DNA from: an uncultured delta proteobacterium
Lineage (GTDB): Bacteria > Desulfobacterota > Desulfobacteria > Desulfobacterales > JAHEIW01
Direction of reading: 5' to 3'
Assembly: GCA_963706575.1 (NCBI GenBank)
Contig: CAVPNL010000005.1
Span: forward strand, 1-64,000
DNA: 64,000 nucleotides
Positions 51,433-61,299 of the stretch are shown here, one piece after another. Numbering within the stretch: position 1 is the first letter of the stretch; the number at the start of each line of letters is the position of its first letter. A program made the translations under genes and the position numbers. The notes beneath the pieces were generated by a model. That model ran no database searches. It was not told where the DNA came from and worked only from the letters and a program-made list of their open reading frames with translations.

Positions 51433-52302
51433 TTATCTTTCTTCTTCAAATGCAATACCGAAAAGGCCTTCGGGCCGCAGCAACAGCACCAGAATCATGA
51501 TGGATAAGGCCACCGATTCCCTTAAAAAGGCGCCCTTGGGAATCAAAAAGACCACCAAAGCCTCGGAAAACGCCAGAATATAAGCCCCCGTAAAACTTCC
51601 CTTCAGACTCCCCAGTCCGCCCAGAACCACGACGGCCATCATCATAATTAACGGCGCCATCCACATATGCGGATGGAGTACCGTAAGCGGTAACACCGCC
51701 GCACCGGTGAGCGCGGCCAGGGCAACGGAGATCACCAGCGTCAACATTGCCACCCGGGCCTCGTTCATGCCCATCAGGTTGGCCACTTCCCTGTCCTGAG
51801 CGGTGGCGCGAATGGCAAGCCCCAGCCGGGTTCTGGCTAAAAATGTCCACACAGCGGCCAGGATCACGCCGGCGGAGGCAATTGATAGCAGCTGTTGGTA
51901 GGCGATTTTAAGACCGGCAAATTCAAGATAACCGGGCACCAGCGGGGGGACGGTGCGAAAGTCGCCCGTAAAGATCAGCATCACAACTTCCTGAAAAACC
52001 ATTGCCAGGGCGATGGTGGCAATCAGCACAGCGGCCTCGTGCTCGCGGATGGGTTCGATAAAAAGCCGGTAACAGATCAATCCGAGCACCATCACCAGAA
52101 TGATGGCCATCAGCACAGCCAGTGCCGGATGAGCACCTATTCGGTGCGTGCCGTAAAAAATGCAGTAGGCAGCCACCATATAAAAGGCGGTGTGGGCGAT
52201 GTTGACGATGCGGGCCACACCGAAAATCAACGAGAATCCGATGGCCAGCAGGGCATAGGTGCTGCCGTTGATCAGGGTGGTCAGAATAATATCAGCTAGC
52301 AT
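51433..52302 (-). CDS. ABC transporter permease (LivH-like)
   Basis: GFSLIFGV..IVNIAH, GLAIRA, VVLGGLGS, RPEGLFG. Confidence 0.9.
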   Translation of the reverse strand: MLADIILTTLINGSTYALLAIGFSLIFGVARIVNIAHTAFYMVAAYCIFYGTHRIGAHPALAVLMAIILVMVLGLICYRLFIEPIREHEAAVLIATIALAMVFQEVVMLIFTGDFRTVPPLVPGYLEFAGLKIAYQQLLSIASAGVILAAVWTFLARTRLGLAIRATAQDREVANLMGMNEARVAMLTLVISVALAALTGAAVLPLTVLHPHMWMAPLIMMMAVVVLGGLGSLKGSFTGAYILAFSEALVVFLIPKGAFLRESVALSIMILVLLLRPEGLFGIAFEEER

Positions 52303-52326
52303 ATTAAATCACCGGCTTTAAACTCT

Positions 52327-52362
52327 CCCCACCCCTTATTGCCAAGGCGAAAAGGGGTGGGG
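52327..52362 (-). terminator. hairpin downstream of the binding-protein gene
   Basis: CCCCACCCCTT ... AAGGGGTGGGG 11-bp stem. Confidence 0.5.
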
Positions 52363-52373
52363 TTTGATAAATG

Positions 52374-53669
52374 CTATTTTTTATATTTTTCGATGAACCA
52401 CGGGGGCAGCTTATAGGGAACGACGCCCTTGTAGGTAATCTCGGGTGCCTCCGGAGTGGCCTTCCACTTGTACGGCCAGACCGGCACCAGTTTGCCGTCC
52501 TGCCACTGCACACCCAGACCGGTTAGATAACCCGGTCCCCAAATGGGATCGTGGTTTTTATCGAATTTCAGATGCCCGGCGGCGATATTCGCGTCCCATT
52601 TTTCGAGTTCAGCCACAACTTTATCGCTATCCAGGCTTCCGACCCGTTTGATGGATTCAGCCAAGATGGTAATGGCATCATGGGTTCCTGCATTGTATGC
52701 CGGTACTTCACCGAAGCGTTTGATGTAGCTTTTCACAAACGGCTGGGTCAATTCATTTATCTCGGCATCCCGCGCATAGGTGTTCAATGTCATGACATAA
52801 TTGCCCATGCCGCCGGTGGCCTCCATGAAACCGTCTTTCTGGGCTTCGACATTGATTCCCACCTGCGCCACCGGTATCTTCAGTTCACCGATCTGTTTGG
52901 CAAAGGTGACGCCCACCGTAGCGGAAAAAATGGTAAACACGATGTGGGCCTCGGAGCGTTGGATGGCCGACAGTTCGGCAGTCACGTCGGTGGCGGTCTG
53001 CGAGGGTCGCCAGATGCCGGCGATTTCGAGTCCCAGCTTGGGAATCGTTTCTTCCGAGGCTTTAACCATGGCCTCCACCCAGGCCTGTTTTTCGCCCACG
53101 ATGGCCACTTTTGGCTTCTGGATGCCCACCGCCTTGCGCATGATGCCGCCGACCGTTGCCAGGTGAATGAAATTGGTTCTGGCCAGATTGATGTTGTTAT
53201 ACGGTGTGATGCGAAACCAGTATTTGTAGCGGTCATAATCTTCGCCAACGCGGTCACAGATTGACTTGGTGGCGGCGCCGCAGCCTAAAAAGATGGTTTT
53301 ATAATCCATGGCAATATCCTGCATCGCCAGGACGGCCTCGGTGCGGAAACCGCCGACAATGAAATCGACCTTCTCGCGGGTGAGCAGCAATTCCATGGCA
53401 TTGGTGGCGTCTGTCATGCTTAAAAACTCGTTGGAATCGGCCTTGACCAGCTCGATCTTCATTTTCTTGTCGCCGACCTGGACACCGCCGGCGGCATTGA
53501 ACTTATCCTGGGCCATCAGCGCCCCGTTCCAGTGATGTTTGCCCTGCAAGAAATTCATGGGACCGATGACGCCGATTTTAATAGTGTCGGCTCCAAGGGC
53601 TGGAAAACTGACGATCATGACGAGCAAAAACGCCATTAATGCGGTCATCAGAAACATAGGTCTTTTCAT
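52374..53669 (-). CDS. ABC transporter substrate-binding protein (LivK-like)
   Basis: Signal peptide, IKIGVIGP, position in a liv-type operon. Confidence 0.88.
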   Translation of the reverse strand: MKRPMFLMTALMAFLLVMIVSFPALGADTIKIGVIGPMNFLQGKHHWNGALMAQDKFNAAGGVQVGDKKMKIELVKADSNEFLSMTDATNAMELLLTREKVDFIVGGFRTEAVLAMQDIAMDYKTIFLGCGAATKSICDRVGEDYDRYKYWFRITPYNNINLARTNFIHLATVGGIMRKAVGIQKPKVAIVGEKQAWVEAMVKASEETIPKLGLEIAGIWRPSQTATDVTAELSAIQRSEAHIVFTIFSATVGVTFAKQIGELKIPVAQVGINVEAQKDGFMEATGGMGNYVMTLNTYARDAEINELTQPFVKSYIKRFGEVPAYNAGTHDAITILAESIKRVGSLDSDKVVAELEKWDANIAAGHLKFDKNHDPIWGPGYLTGLGVQWQDGKLVPVWPYKWKATPEAPEITYKGVVPYKLPPWFIEKYKK

Positions 53670-54361
53670 GACCTGCCTCCTTTCAGTTTGAGGTTGTCTT
53701 CTATATTGACCTTAAGGTTTATGGTGGGTTCCTTTTTAGGCACCACAATTCCCTGAAAAATGGTGTCGATGATATCATCCACTAAACCCAACAGATCAGC
53801 GGGTTTACCCAGCAAACATTTTCGGGTGACCAGATGCTCAACCGTCCCCCAGATCATGGCCCGCACGAGATGGGGTTGAATATCGGTGCGAAACTCTCCG
53901 TTTTGAATGCCTTCCTCTAAAACATGAAGGGTGACTCTGGCGGTTGACTGGACAATTTTATAGGCATCGGTTTTTTGAAAGTTGCGATGACCTTTGAGGA
54001 TCAGCATAACGATATTGGCGTAGTCGGGGTTTTCGGCATACAGGCTCAGATGGCGGGAAATCAAAAAGCGTAGCTTGTTGGCAGCACCTTGAATATATTT
54101 TAAAATTTCACGATTTTTTTCTTCGTGCTGCCGGGTTGTTTGGGCGGGAATGGAAAACAGCAGTTCCTCTTTGGAAGAGAAGTATTCGTAAATGGTTGCT
54201 TCTGAGACTTTTGATTTTCTGGCGATTTCGGAGATGGTGGCTTCATGGAACCCTTTTTTGGCAAAAATGCTTGCGGCGCCTTTCAAAATGGCAGCCCCTT
54301 TCACCGGATTTTTGGGCGCCTTAAGGTTTTTAGAAGATTTACCCTGGGTCCTGGAAGCCAT
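53666..54361 (-). CDS. TetR/AcrR family regulator
   Basis: FAKKGFHEATISEIA...ATIYEYFSSKEELL. Confidence 0.9.
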   Translation of the reverse strand: MASRTQGKSSKNLKAPKNPVKGAAILKGAASIFAKKGFHEATISEIARKSKVSEATIYEYFSSKEELLFSIPAQTTRQHEEKNREILKYIQGAANKLRFLISRHLSLYAENPDYANIVMLILKGHRNFQKTDAYKIVQSTARVTLHVLEEGIQNGEFRTDIQPHLVRAMIWGTVEHLVTRKCLLGKPADLLGLVDDIIDTIFQGIVVPKKEPTINLKVNIEDNLKLKGGRS

Positions 54362-54615
54362 AAGATAAGATTCCGGGCTGATTTGATAAATGCGATCCTG
54401 ACGAAATGAATAATAATGGTATTTTCGTTCTATCGATATATTAATATCTACAATTTGTTGTCAAGTTGTTTTTTAAAGACCATCTGTTTTATTTAAGCTT
54501 ATATTTATACTAAGGCTATAAATATGGTAAAAAAAATATTGACGGACTATATAATCTTGAGTAGCTTCCATTTTAGCAAGTTTTCTCAAACAGGGAAGCA
54601 ACTTGGAAATTGCAC

Positions 54616-55941
54616 GTGACGTCAAAATCGCTCGTATCGATTGTAAGGTATGAAAAACCGCTGGAATCGGTTCGCAAGGGTGTTGCGCTTTGCCGGGGCC
54701 TGGAGCACCTTCCTCATAAAGCCCGCGTGTTTATTAAACCCAATATCGTGTTTTGGACCCCGCAAACGAATTTTCCCAAATATGGGGTGATTACGACCAG
54801 CCGCGTCGTTGAAGACATGGTGGTTGTGCTGAAAGAACGCGGTGTGGGTGACATTCTCATCGGCGAAGGCACCGTCTTGAGCGACCCCAAAGCCACCGAG
54901 AATCAGGAACATGCCTTTGAGGCATTGGGATATGGTGTTTTACAAAAGCGCTACGGGGTAAAACTGGTAAATATCTGGAAGCGGCCCTTTATAAAGGTCG
55001 ACCTGGGAGCAGGGGTGGCCCTTAAATTTAATCCTGATATTCTGGAATCCGATTTTGTCGTAGATTTGCCGGTTTTGAAAACCCACAGCATGACGGTTGT
55101 CAGTCTGGGAATCAAGAATCTGAAGGGGATGATTGATATCCCTTCCCGCAAAAAATGCCATAATACCGATCCCGCAAAGGACCTGCACTTTATGGTCGCC
55201 AGGCTTGCTGATCCCATGCCGCCGATGATGACCTTGCTGGACGGCATTTATACTTCCGAGCGCGGACCGAATATTGACGGGACCATGCACCGCAGCAATC
55301 TGCTGGTCGCTTCGGCAGATGTGCTCTCGGCTGACATGGTCGGCGCTACGGTGCTGGGTCACCCTCCCCAAGATGTGCCCCATCTGGCGCATGCTGCCCG
55401 CAACCGTAAAAGGCCGGTTGATCTTTCCGATCTAGAAGTCGTTGGTGAATCGATTGATAAGGTCACATCGCCGCATCAACATGATTTTCCATACACTAAA
55501 GACGAATCCCTGCCGCTGTCCATCTCGAAAATAGGAGTGACAGGACTGTCGTATTATAAGTACGATCTGAGCCTGTGTACCTATTGCTCGGGATTGACCC
55601 GTACGGCATTCTATGCGATTGCCAAGGCCTGGCAGGGTGACCCCTGGGATGATGTGGAAGTGCTCAGCGGGAAAGTCATGCAGCCCAGACCGGGTAAAAA
55701 GAAAACCATCCTGTTTGGCAAGTGCATGCACCGGGCCCATAAAGACAATCCGGATATACGTGAAATGATCGCAATTAAGGGGTGTCCTCCCAAGCCCGAA
55801 GCGGTTTTCAAGGCTTTTCAGCAGGCCGGGATTCAGCTCGATACAAAAATGTTTGAAAACATCCAAAAACTCCCCGGGCAATTTTTCAAGCGCTATGAAG
55901 GCCGGCCGGAGTTTGAAGAATTACACTTCCAGATAAGCTAG
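54616..55941 (+). CDS. DUF362 domain Fe-S protein with C-terminal Cys-rich domain
   Basis: VFIKPN, GEG, LPVLKTH, SLGIKNLKG; C-terminal CTYC, GKC, GCPP; start approximate. Confidence 0.75.
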   Translation: MTSKSLVSIVRYEKPLESVRKGVALCRGLEHLPHKARVFIKPNIVFWTPQTNFPKYGVITTSRVVEDMVVVLKERGVGDILIGEGTVLSDPKATENQEHAFEALGYGVLQKRYGVKLVNIWKRPFIKVDLGAGVALKFNPDILESDFVVDLPVLKTHSMTVVSLGIKNLKGMIDIPSRKKCHNTDPAKDLHFMVARLADPMPPMMTLLDGIYTSERGPNIDGTMHRSNLLVASADVLSADMVGATVLGHPPQDVPHLAHAARNRKRPVDLSDLEVVGESIDKVTSPHQHDFPYTKDESLPLSISKIGVTGLSYYKYDLSLCTYCSGLTRTAFYAIAKAWQGDPWDDVEVLSGKVMQPRPGKKKTILFGKCMHRAHKDNPDIREMIAIKGCPPKPEAVFKAFQQAGIQLDTKMFENIQKLPGQFFKRYEGRPEFEELHFQIS

Positions 55942-56167
55942 TATTGTGTTTTAAAATTAATTCCTAAGATAGTGGCAATGCAAAATCTTACAACGTCAAG
56001 CATAATAATCTCGTTGGTCATTCCCGCGCAGGCGGGAATCCAGGCGTCTTTGAACTGGACTCCCGCCTGCGCGGGAGTGACATGAAGAAGTGGCTTTTCG
56101 AATACCGAAGCTTTATTTTGTTCTTTTTATTTCTTTCCGGAATATGACAAATAGAACTATCTCAAAA
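55938..56167. mobile_element. degenerate CTAG-ended MITE with family B doublet (56017-56082) plus a solo family C end
   Basis: Left end CTAGTATTGTG; 66-bp doublet is the exact reverse complement of 46971-47036; TAGAACTATCTCAAAA at 56152. Confidence 0.7.
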
Positions 56168-56229
56168 AACGGATCGAATTCGACGATAGTGGATTGTAAA
56201 TCGATTCATAAGCGAAGGAGGTAAACATC

Positions 56230-57432
56230 ATGTTTTTTGAGTTTTCAGACAAGGCCAGAGATTTACAGGAACAGCTCAAGGCATTCATGGATAAACACAT
56301 TTATCCGAATGAACCGGAGTTTTATCGCCAGCTCAATGAAGGCGATCGCTGGAAGGTTATTCCGCTGCTGGAAGACCTTAAAGAAAAGGCCAGGGCCGAA
56401 GGGTTGTGGAACCTGTTCCTGCCGGAAAGTGAGTATGGGGCCGGGCTGACCAACTACGAGTACGCTCCCCTGTGCGAGATCATGGGGCGTGTCTATTGGG
56501 CATCGGAGGTTTTCAACTGTTCGGCGCCGGATACCGGCAATATGGAAGTGCTGGTCCGATACGGCACGGAGGAACAAAAGCAACAATGGCTCAAACCATT
56601 GTTGGAGGCCCAAATTCGATCCGCGTTCTGCATGACCGAGCCTGACGTGGCGTCCTCGGATGCCCGCAATATCGAGGCCAGTATCGTGCGCGACGGCGAT
56701 GAATATGTGATCAACGGGCACAAATGGTGGATATCGGGCGCCGGAGATCCACGCTGTGAAATATACATATTCATGGGCAAGACCGATCCTGAAGGGCACC
56801 CCTACCGGCAGCAGTCCATGATCCTGGTGCCGCGGGATACCCCGGGCGTGGAGATTAAGCGTATGCTGCCGGTCTACGGATATGACGGCGCACCTCATGG
56901 TCATGGCGAGATCCTATTCAAGGACGTGCGCGTCCCGGTGTCCAATATTTTGCTCGGAGAGGGCCGGGGATTTGAAATTGCCCAGGGGCGCCTCGGGCCG
57001 GGCCGGATTCATCATTGCATGCGCACCATCGGCGTCGCCGATCGGGCGCTGGAAGAGATGTGCCGCCGGGTCAAGACCCGCGTGGCCTTCGGGCGGCCGC
57101 TGGCTGAAATGGGCCAGATCCGCCAGGACATTGCCCGGTCCCGCTGCGAGATCGACCAGGCCCGGTTGCTGACCCTGTATGCGGCCCACCGCATGGATAC
57201 GGTCGGCAATAAGGTGGCGCGAACCGAAATCGCCATGATAAAAGTGGTCGCGCCCAATATGGCGCTCAAAGTCATCGACCGAGCGATTCAGGCCCACGGC
57301 GGAATGGGCGTCTGTAACGACACCTGGCTGGCCGGGGCCTATGCCAATATCCGGACCCTGCGGCTGGCCGATGGTCCGGATGAAGTTCATCGTGAGGTCA
57401 TTGCCAGACTGGAACTGGGAAAAGAATCATGA
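56230..57432 (+). CDS. ACAD10/ACAD11-like acyl-CoA dehydrogenase
   Basis: [47 protein letters not shown]. Confidence 0.92.
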   Translation: MFFEFSDKARDLQEQLKAFMDKHIYPNEPEFYRQLNEGDRWKVIPLLEDLKEKARAEGLWNLFLPESEYGAGLTNYEYAPLCEIMGRVYWASEVFNCSAPDTGNMEVLVRYGTEEQKQQWLKPLLEAQIRSAFCMTEPDVASSDARNIEASIVRDGDEYVINGHKWWISGAGDPRCEIYIFMGKTDPEGHPYRQQSMILVPRDTPGVEIKRMLPVYGYDGAPHGHGEILFKDVRVPVSNILLGEGRGFEIAQGRLGPGRIHHCMRTIGVADRALEEMCRRVKTRVAFGRPLAEMGQIRQDIARSRCEIDQARLLTLYAAHRMDTVGNKVARTEIAMIKVVAPNMALKVIDRAIQAHGGMGVCNDTWLAGAYANIRTLRLADGPDEVHREVIARLELGKES

Positions 57433-58478
57433 ATACCGAAGCCAAACTTACGCCGGTAAGGGAGGCGCACCGTTTCGATGAGGCCGCTTTAGCGAAATAT
57501 CTGATAGCTGAACTCGATGGTTTCTGCGAACCGTTCAGTATCCTGCAGTTTGAAGGCGGGCAATCGAATCCGACATTTCTCTTGGATTGCGGTGCTCACA
57601 AATATGTGCTGCGCAAAAAACCGCCGGGCAAACTCCTGCCTTCCGCACACCAGGTAGACCGTGAGTACCGCGTCATGAAGGCGCTTGAGCAGAGCGACGT
57701 GCCGGTGCCCGGGATGTATCTTCTGTGCGAAGACGCAGACGGTGATCGGAACGACGTTTTTCGTGATGGAGTACGTCGACGGCCGGTTGTTTTCAAATGT
57801 AACCCTTCCGGGACTGTCACCCGGGGAGCGCCGGGCGATCTATTTTGAGATGATCCGGGTGCTGGCGGCCCTGCATTCGGTGGATTATGAAGCGCTGGGT
57901 CTATCCGATTTCGGCAAATCCGGAAACTACTTTGCCCGCCAGATCGGACGATGGTCCAAACAGTATGTCTCGGCCAAGACCGATCACATTCACTCCATGG
58001 AAAACCTGATGGATTATCTGCCGCAAAACGTGCCGCCCGATGATACCACCTGCATCGTTCATGGTGACTATCGCATGGAAAATATGCTGTTTCATCCAAC
58101 GGAACCCAAAATCCTGGCCTTGCTGGATTGGGAGCTTTCCACCCTGGGGCATCCTCTCGGTGACCTGGCCTACAGCTGCGGCCCTACCACTTCACTACGT
58201 CCGGTAATCCCAGCCTGGACGGTATTGTGGGCCGGAATCGGGGATTCCCACCGAGTCGGAATTTGTCGAAGAATATTGCCGCCGGACCGACCGGGCGGGC
58301 ATTCCCAACTGGAATTTTTATATGGCCTTTGCTTTTTTCCGTCTGGCGAGCATTTGTCAGGGTGTCTATAAACGCGGGTCTGATGGGTACGGCCAGTTCA
58401 ACCCAGGCTTTAGAGAGAGGCAGGCTCGCCCGGGCAATCAGTGATCTGGCCTGGTCTTTTATCGAAAACGGAAGCTGA
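57429..58478 (+). CDS. APH-fold phosphotransferase (ACAD10/11 kinase-like; frameshifts at ~57740 and 58180-58380)
   Basis: [41 protein letters not shown]. Confidence 0.85.
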
Positions 58479-58565
58479 AACTTTATCTGAAACTCCCGGT
58501 ATCCCCCGAATTTTTTAATTAATTGACCTAAATCAATTGCCTTGCCTCATATCCCTGATAGATAT

Positions 58566-58712
58566 TAGAAGTGGTTTCAAAACCCCATCTAAGGCCCACG
58601 GCCTGCGTTGCAAGCCTCCGATAAATGCTCACATACACATGTATGCTGCGCTTTCTCGATCGGCTTGACGCCTTGTCCTTGAACCTGATCTGGAATTTTG
58701 AAACCACTTCTA
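58566..58712. mobile_element. family A MITE-like element, copy 3
   Basis: 17-bp perfect TIR TAGAAGTGGTTTCAAAA; 147 bp. Confidence 0.85.
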
Positions 58713-58763
58713 TATAAATCCTTATTGAAACAACTATCATATCTCCAAAAGGAGCCCTAAAAA

Positions 58764-59204
58764 ATGTGTGAAAGCTTTAAAACAAGATGTGTCTGCGGGC
58801 AAAAAACGGCGGAGATTTTTTTTGGGAAGATGGTTCTGGCCGAATCGTCGGTGTCGCAGGTGTATTGCCCGCAATGCAGCCAGGAGATAGAATCCGGGCG
58901 CGATGATCGGGTCTGGGACAACGACTGGATCCTTGAGATGGATATGGATGTTTTGCGCACCCATGCCGCTTCAATGGGAATTGCACCCCAGGAGGTCACT
59001 GCCGAATGGGTTTTTGACCAGGGGTTTGCCACCTGGGTCGGGATAACACCGGATGATACCGAAACAAGAAATCAGGAGCGCGAGGAAATCCAGAAGCTTG
59101 CCAAAACCGATATGCATGCCTACTACCAGGCCATGAAAGAATGGGGACTGGGCCGCGAAAAGAAGTTTATGGAGGAAGGCTGGCGAAAGATGAGGCAGGC
59201 TTAG
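58764..59204 (+). CDS. hypothetical protein with CxC...CxxC motif
   Basis: AAGGAG RBS, 146 aa, followed by its own terminator. Confidence 0.75.
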   Translation: MCESFKTRCVCGQKTAEIFFGKMVLAESSVSQVYCPQCSQEIESGRDDRVWDNDWILEMDMDVLRTHAASMGIAPQEVTAEWVFDQGFATWVGITPDDTETRNQEREEIQKLAKTDMHAYYQAMKEWGLGREKKFMEEGWRKMRQA

Positions 59205-59247
59205 AAAATTAAGTTTGAATTCGATGCATAAACCGATGTAGAAGATG

Positions 59248-59278
59248 AGGGCAGGATCAAGTGGATCCTGCCCTTTTC
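59248..59278 (+). terminator. rho-independent terminator
   Basis: AGGGCAGGATC-AAGTG-GATCCTGCCCT followed by TTTC. Confidence 0.65.
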
Positions 59279-59282
59279 ATTT

Positions 59283-59425
59283 GAAGCGGTTTCAAAATCC
59301 CATCTAAGGCCCAAGGGCTGCGTTGCAGGCCTCCGGTAAATGCTCACATACCCATGTATGCTGCGCTTTTCCGATCGGCCTGACGCCTTGCCCTTGAACC
59401 TGATCTGGAATTTTGAAACCACTTC
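59283..59425. mobile_element. family A MITE-like element, copy 4
   Basis: Closely similar to copy 3, same orientation. Confidence 0.85.
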
Positions 59426-59443
59426 TTATAAAGGACTTTTCCG

Positions 59444-60670
59444 ATGTCCCGTGCCAAAATTATTTCAGACTTTCTCGGATTGACAAAAAGCACCTCAGGT
59501 TTGTTGCTCATGGTGGTTTTGGTGGCCATGGGCGAACGCATGGCGGAACGCTTTCTCCCCATTTATCTGATGGCACTTGGCGGTGGCGTAATTTCGATTG
59601 GCCTTTTAAACGGTTTGGATAATTTTTTATCGGCTGTTTATGCTTTTCCGGGAGGGTATCTTTCTGAGCGTATCGGCGCCAAGCGGGCACTTTTGGCATT
59701 TAATTTTATGGCCATGGCCGGTTTTTTGATTGTGATTTTGATTCCGGCCTGGCAGGCTGTTCTGGTCGGTGCTGTCTTTTTTTTGGCCTGGTCGGCGATT
59801 TCCCTGCCGGCAACCATGGGTTTGATTGCAAAGGTGTTGCCCACCGGTAAACGCACCATGGGCGTTACCATGCATTCGCTGGTGCGTCGGTTTCCCATGG
59901 CGCTGGGCCCTATTCTGGGGGGGCTGTGCATTGGCGCCTGGGGGATTACAAACGGCGTCCGGGTCGCCTTTTGCGTGGCTTTGGTTTTAGCCATTATTGC
60001 GGTTTTGCTGCAGCAAAAATTAATCGAGGATGATTCTAAATCGACTTCAGATGACACCTGTGCCATCGCGCCCGAAAAAAATCCCTGGAAGCTGTTTCAA
60101 TCCATGGATACTTCTCTGAAGCGGCTGCTGGTATCCGATATTCTCATCCGGTTCTGCGAACAGATCCCCTATGCCTTTGTGGTCGTGTGGTGTATGAAAA
60201 CGATTGCCCAGCCGGTCTCGGCGTTTCAGTTCGGCATTTTAACCGGTATTGAAATGGCCACCGCCGTTCTCGTCTACATTCCCGTCGCTCACCTGGCGGA
60301 TAAAACCACCAAAAAGCCGTTCGTGGTGATCACATTTATCTTTTTTACATTTTTCCCGCTGGTTCTTTTATTCTGTCAGTCGTTTCTGTGGCTGATTGCG
60401 GCATTTATACTCAGGGGGTTAAAGGAGTTTGGTGAGCCCACCCGTAAAGCGCTTATTCTTGATCTGGCACCGGAAACCTGTAAAGCCGGAATGTATGGAC
60501 TTTATTATTTTCTCCGTGATGTGTGTGTTTCCGTAGCGGCCTTTGGCGGTGCTTTTTTATGGCAGGTTAGCCCGACAACCAATTTTGGGGTCGCATTTTT
60601 ATTTGGAGTGGCAGGGACCATCGGATTTGTACGTTATGGTACAGATGTCCGCTTACACAGCGATGGATGA
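59444..60670 (+). CDS. MFS transporter
   Basis: ~12 hydrophobic segments, GGYLSERIGAKR motif A. Confidence 0.88.
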   Translation: MSRAKIISDFLGLTKSTSGLLLMVVLVAMGERMAERFLPIYLMALGGGVISIGLLNGLDNFLSAVYAFPGGYLSERIGAKRALLAFNFMAMAGFLIVILIPAWQAVLVGAVFFLAWSAISLPATMGLIAKVLPTGKRTMGVTMHSLVRRFPMALGPILGGLCIGAWGITNGVRVAFCVALVLAIIAVLLQQKLIEDDSKSTSDDTCAIAPEKNPWKLFQSMDTSLKRLLVSDILIRFCEQIPYAFVVVWCMKTIAQPVSAFQFGILTGIEMATAVLVYIPVAHLADKTTKKPFVVITFIFFTFFPLVLLFCQSFLWLIAAFILRGLKEFGEPTRKALILDLAPETCKAGMYGLYYFLRDVCVSVAAFGGAFLWQVSPTTNFGVAFLFGVAGTIGFVRYGTDVRLHSDG

Positions 60671-60715
60671 TCGGTCGCCGAATCAATACGTTTAACGTAT
60701 GCCTGAAGGTTCAGA

Positions 60716-60934
60716 TTATACGGACTCTACGCTGACAATTTCAGGAATTTTCTTTTTGACATAGGCTTCAATACCCTGTTTGAGGGTCATCTGGGACATG
60801 GGACATCCGCCGCAGGCGCCGGTTAACCTAACCTTGACAATGCCGTCTTCCACATCCACCAGTTCCACATCGCCACCGTCCGCCTGAAGTGACGGCCGAA
60901 TATCATTCAGAGCGCTTTGCACCTCTTTTTTCAT
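60716..60934 (-). CDS. NifU/NfuA-like Fe-S carrier domain protein
   Basis: IRPSLQADGGDVELV, GACGGCPMS. Confidence 0.92.
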   Translation of the reverse strand: MKKEVQSALNDIRPSLQADGGDVELVDVEDGIVKVRLTGACGGCPMSQMTLKQGIEAYVKKKIPEIVSVESV

Positions 60935-61299
60935 TTTTTTCTCCTATGCAATTGGGATGTTAGATTTAATTTTACTTTAATTCGCAACTCTTAATTTATA
61001 CCACATTGTGGCGTTGGTCAAGTCATTCGTATCAATATTTGGAAAACAGCGATGACGAATCCGGGTGAATCGTTCGTATTCAATTTTATAAACCCATCAT
61101 CGCCAAACAAAACCCATGACACTGAAAAATCCAATTGACACCCAGCTTTGATACAGGTTAATCATTTTGTGTTCCTCAATAAGCTGCGTGTAATTCCTAT
61201 CAAAGACTTTAGTGCTGAGATAAACTTGTCATCAAAAAAAGCATGCAATTTTCAAATAAGGCTACCAAGCTCTATTAATAGAGAGAAAGGGGTTCACAA

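Noticed and set aside
58528..59422. Small ORFs 58528-58740 and 59201-59422 (also 2384-2770, 3888-4082, 6382-6576, 38278-38505) as a paralogous protein family
   Set aside because: They are translations of the non-coding repeat elements
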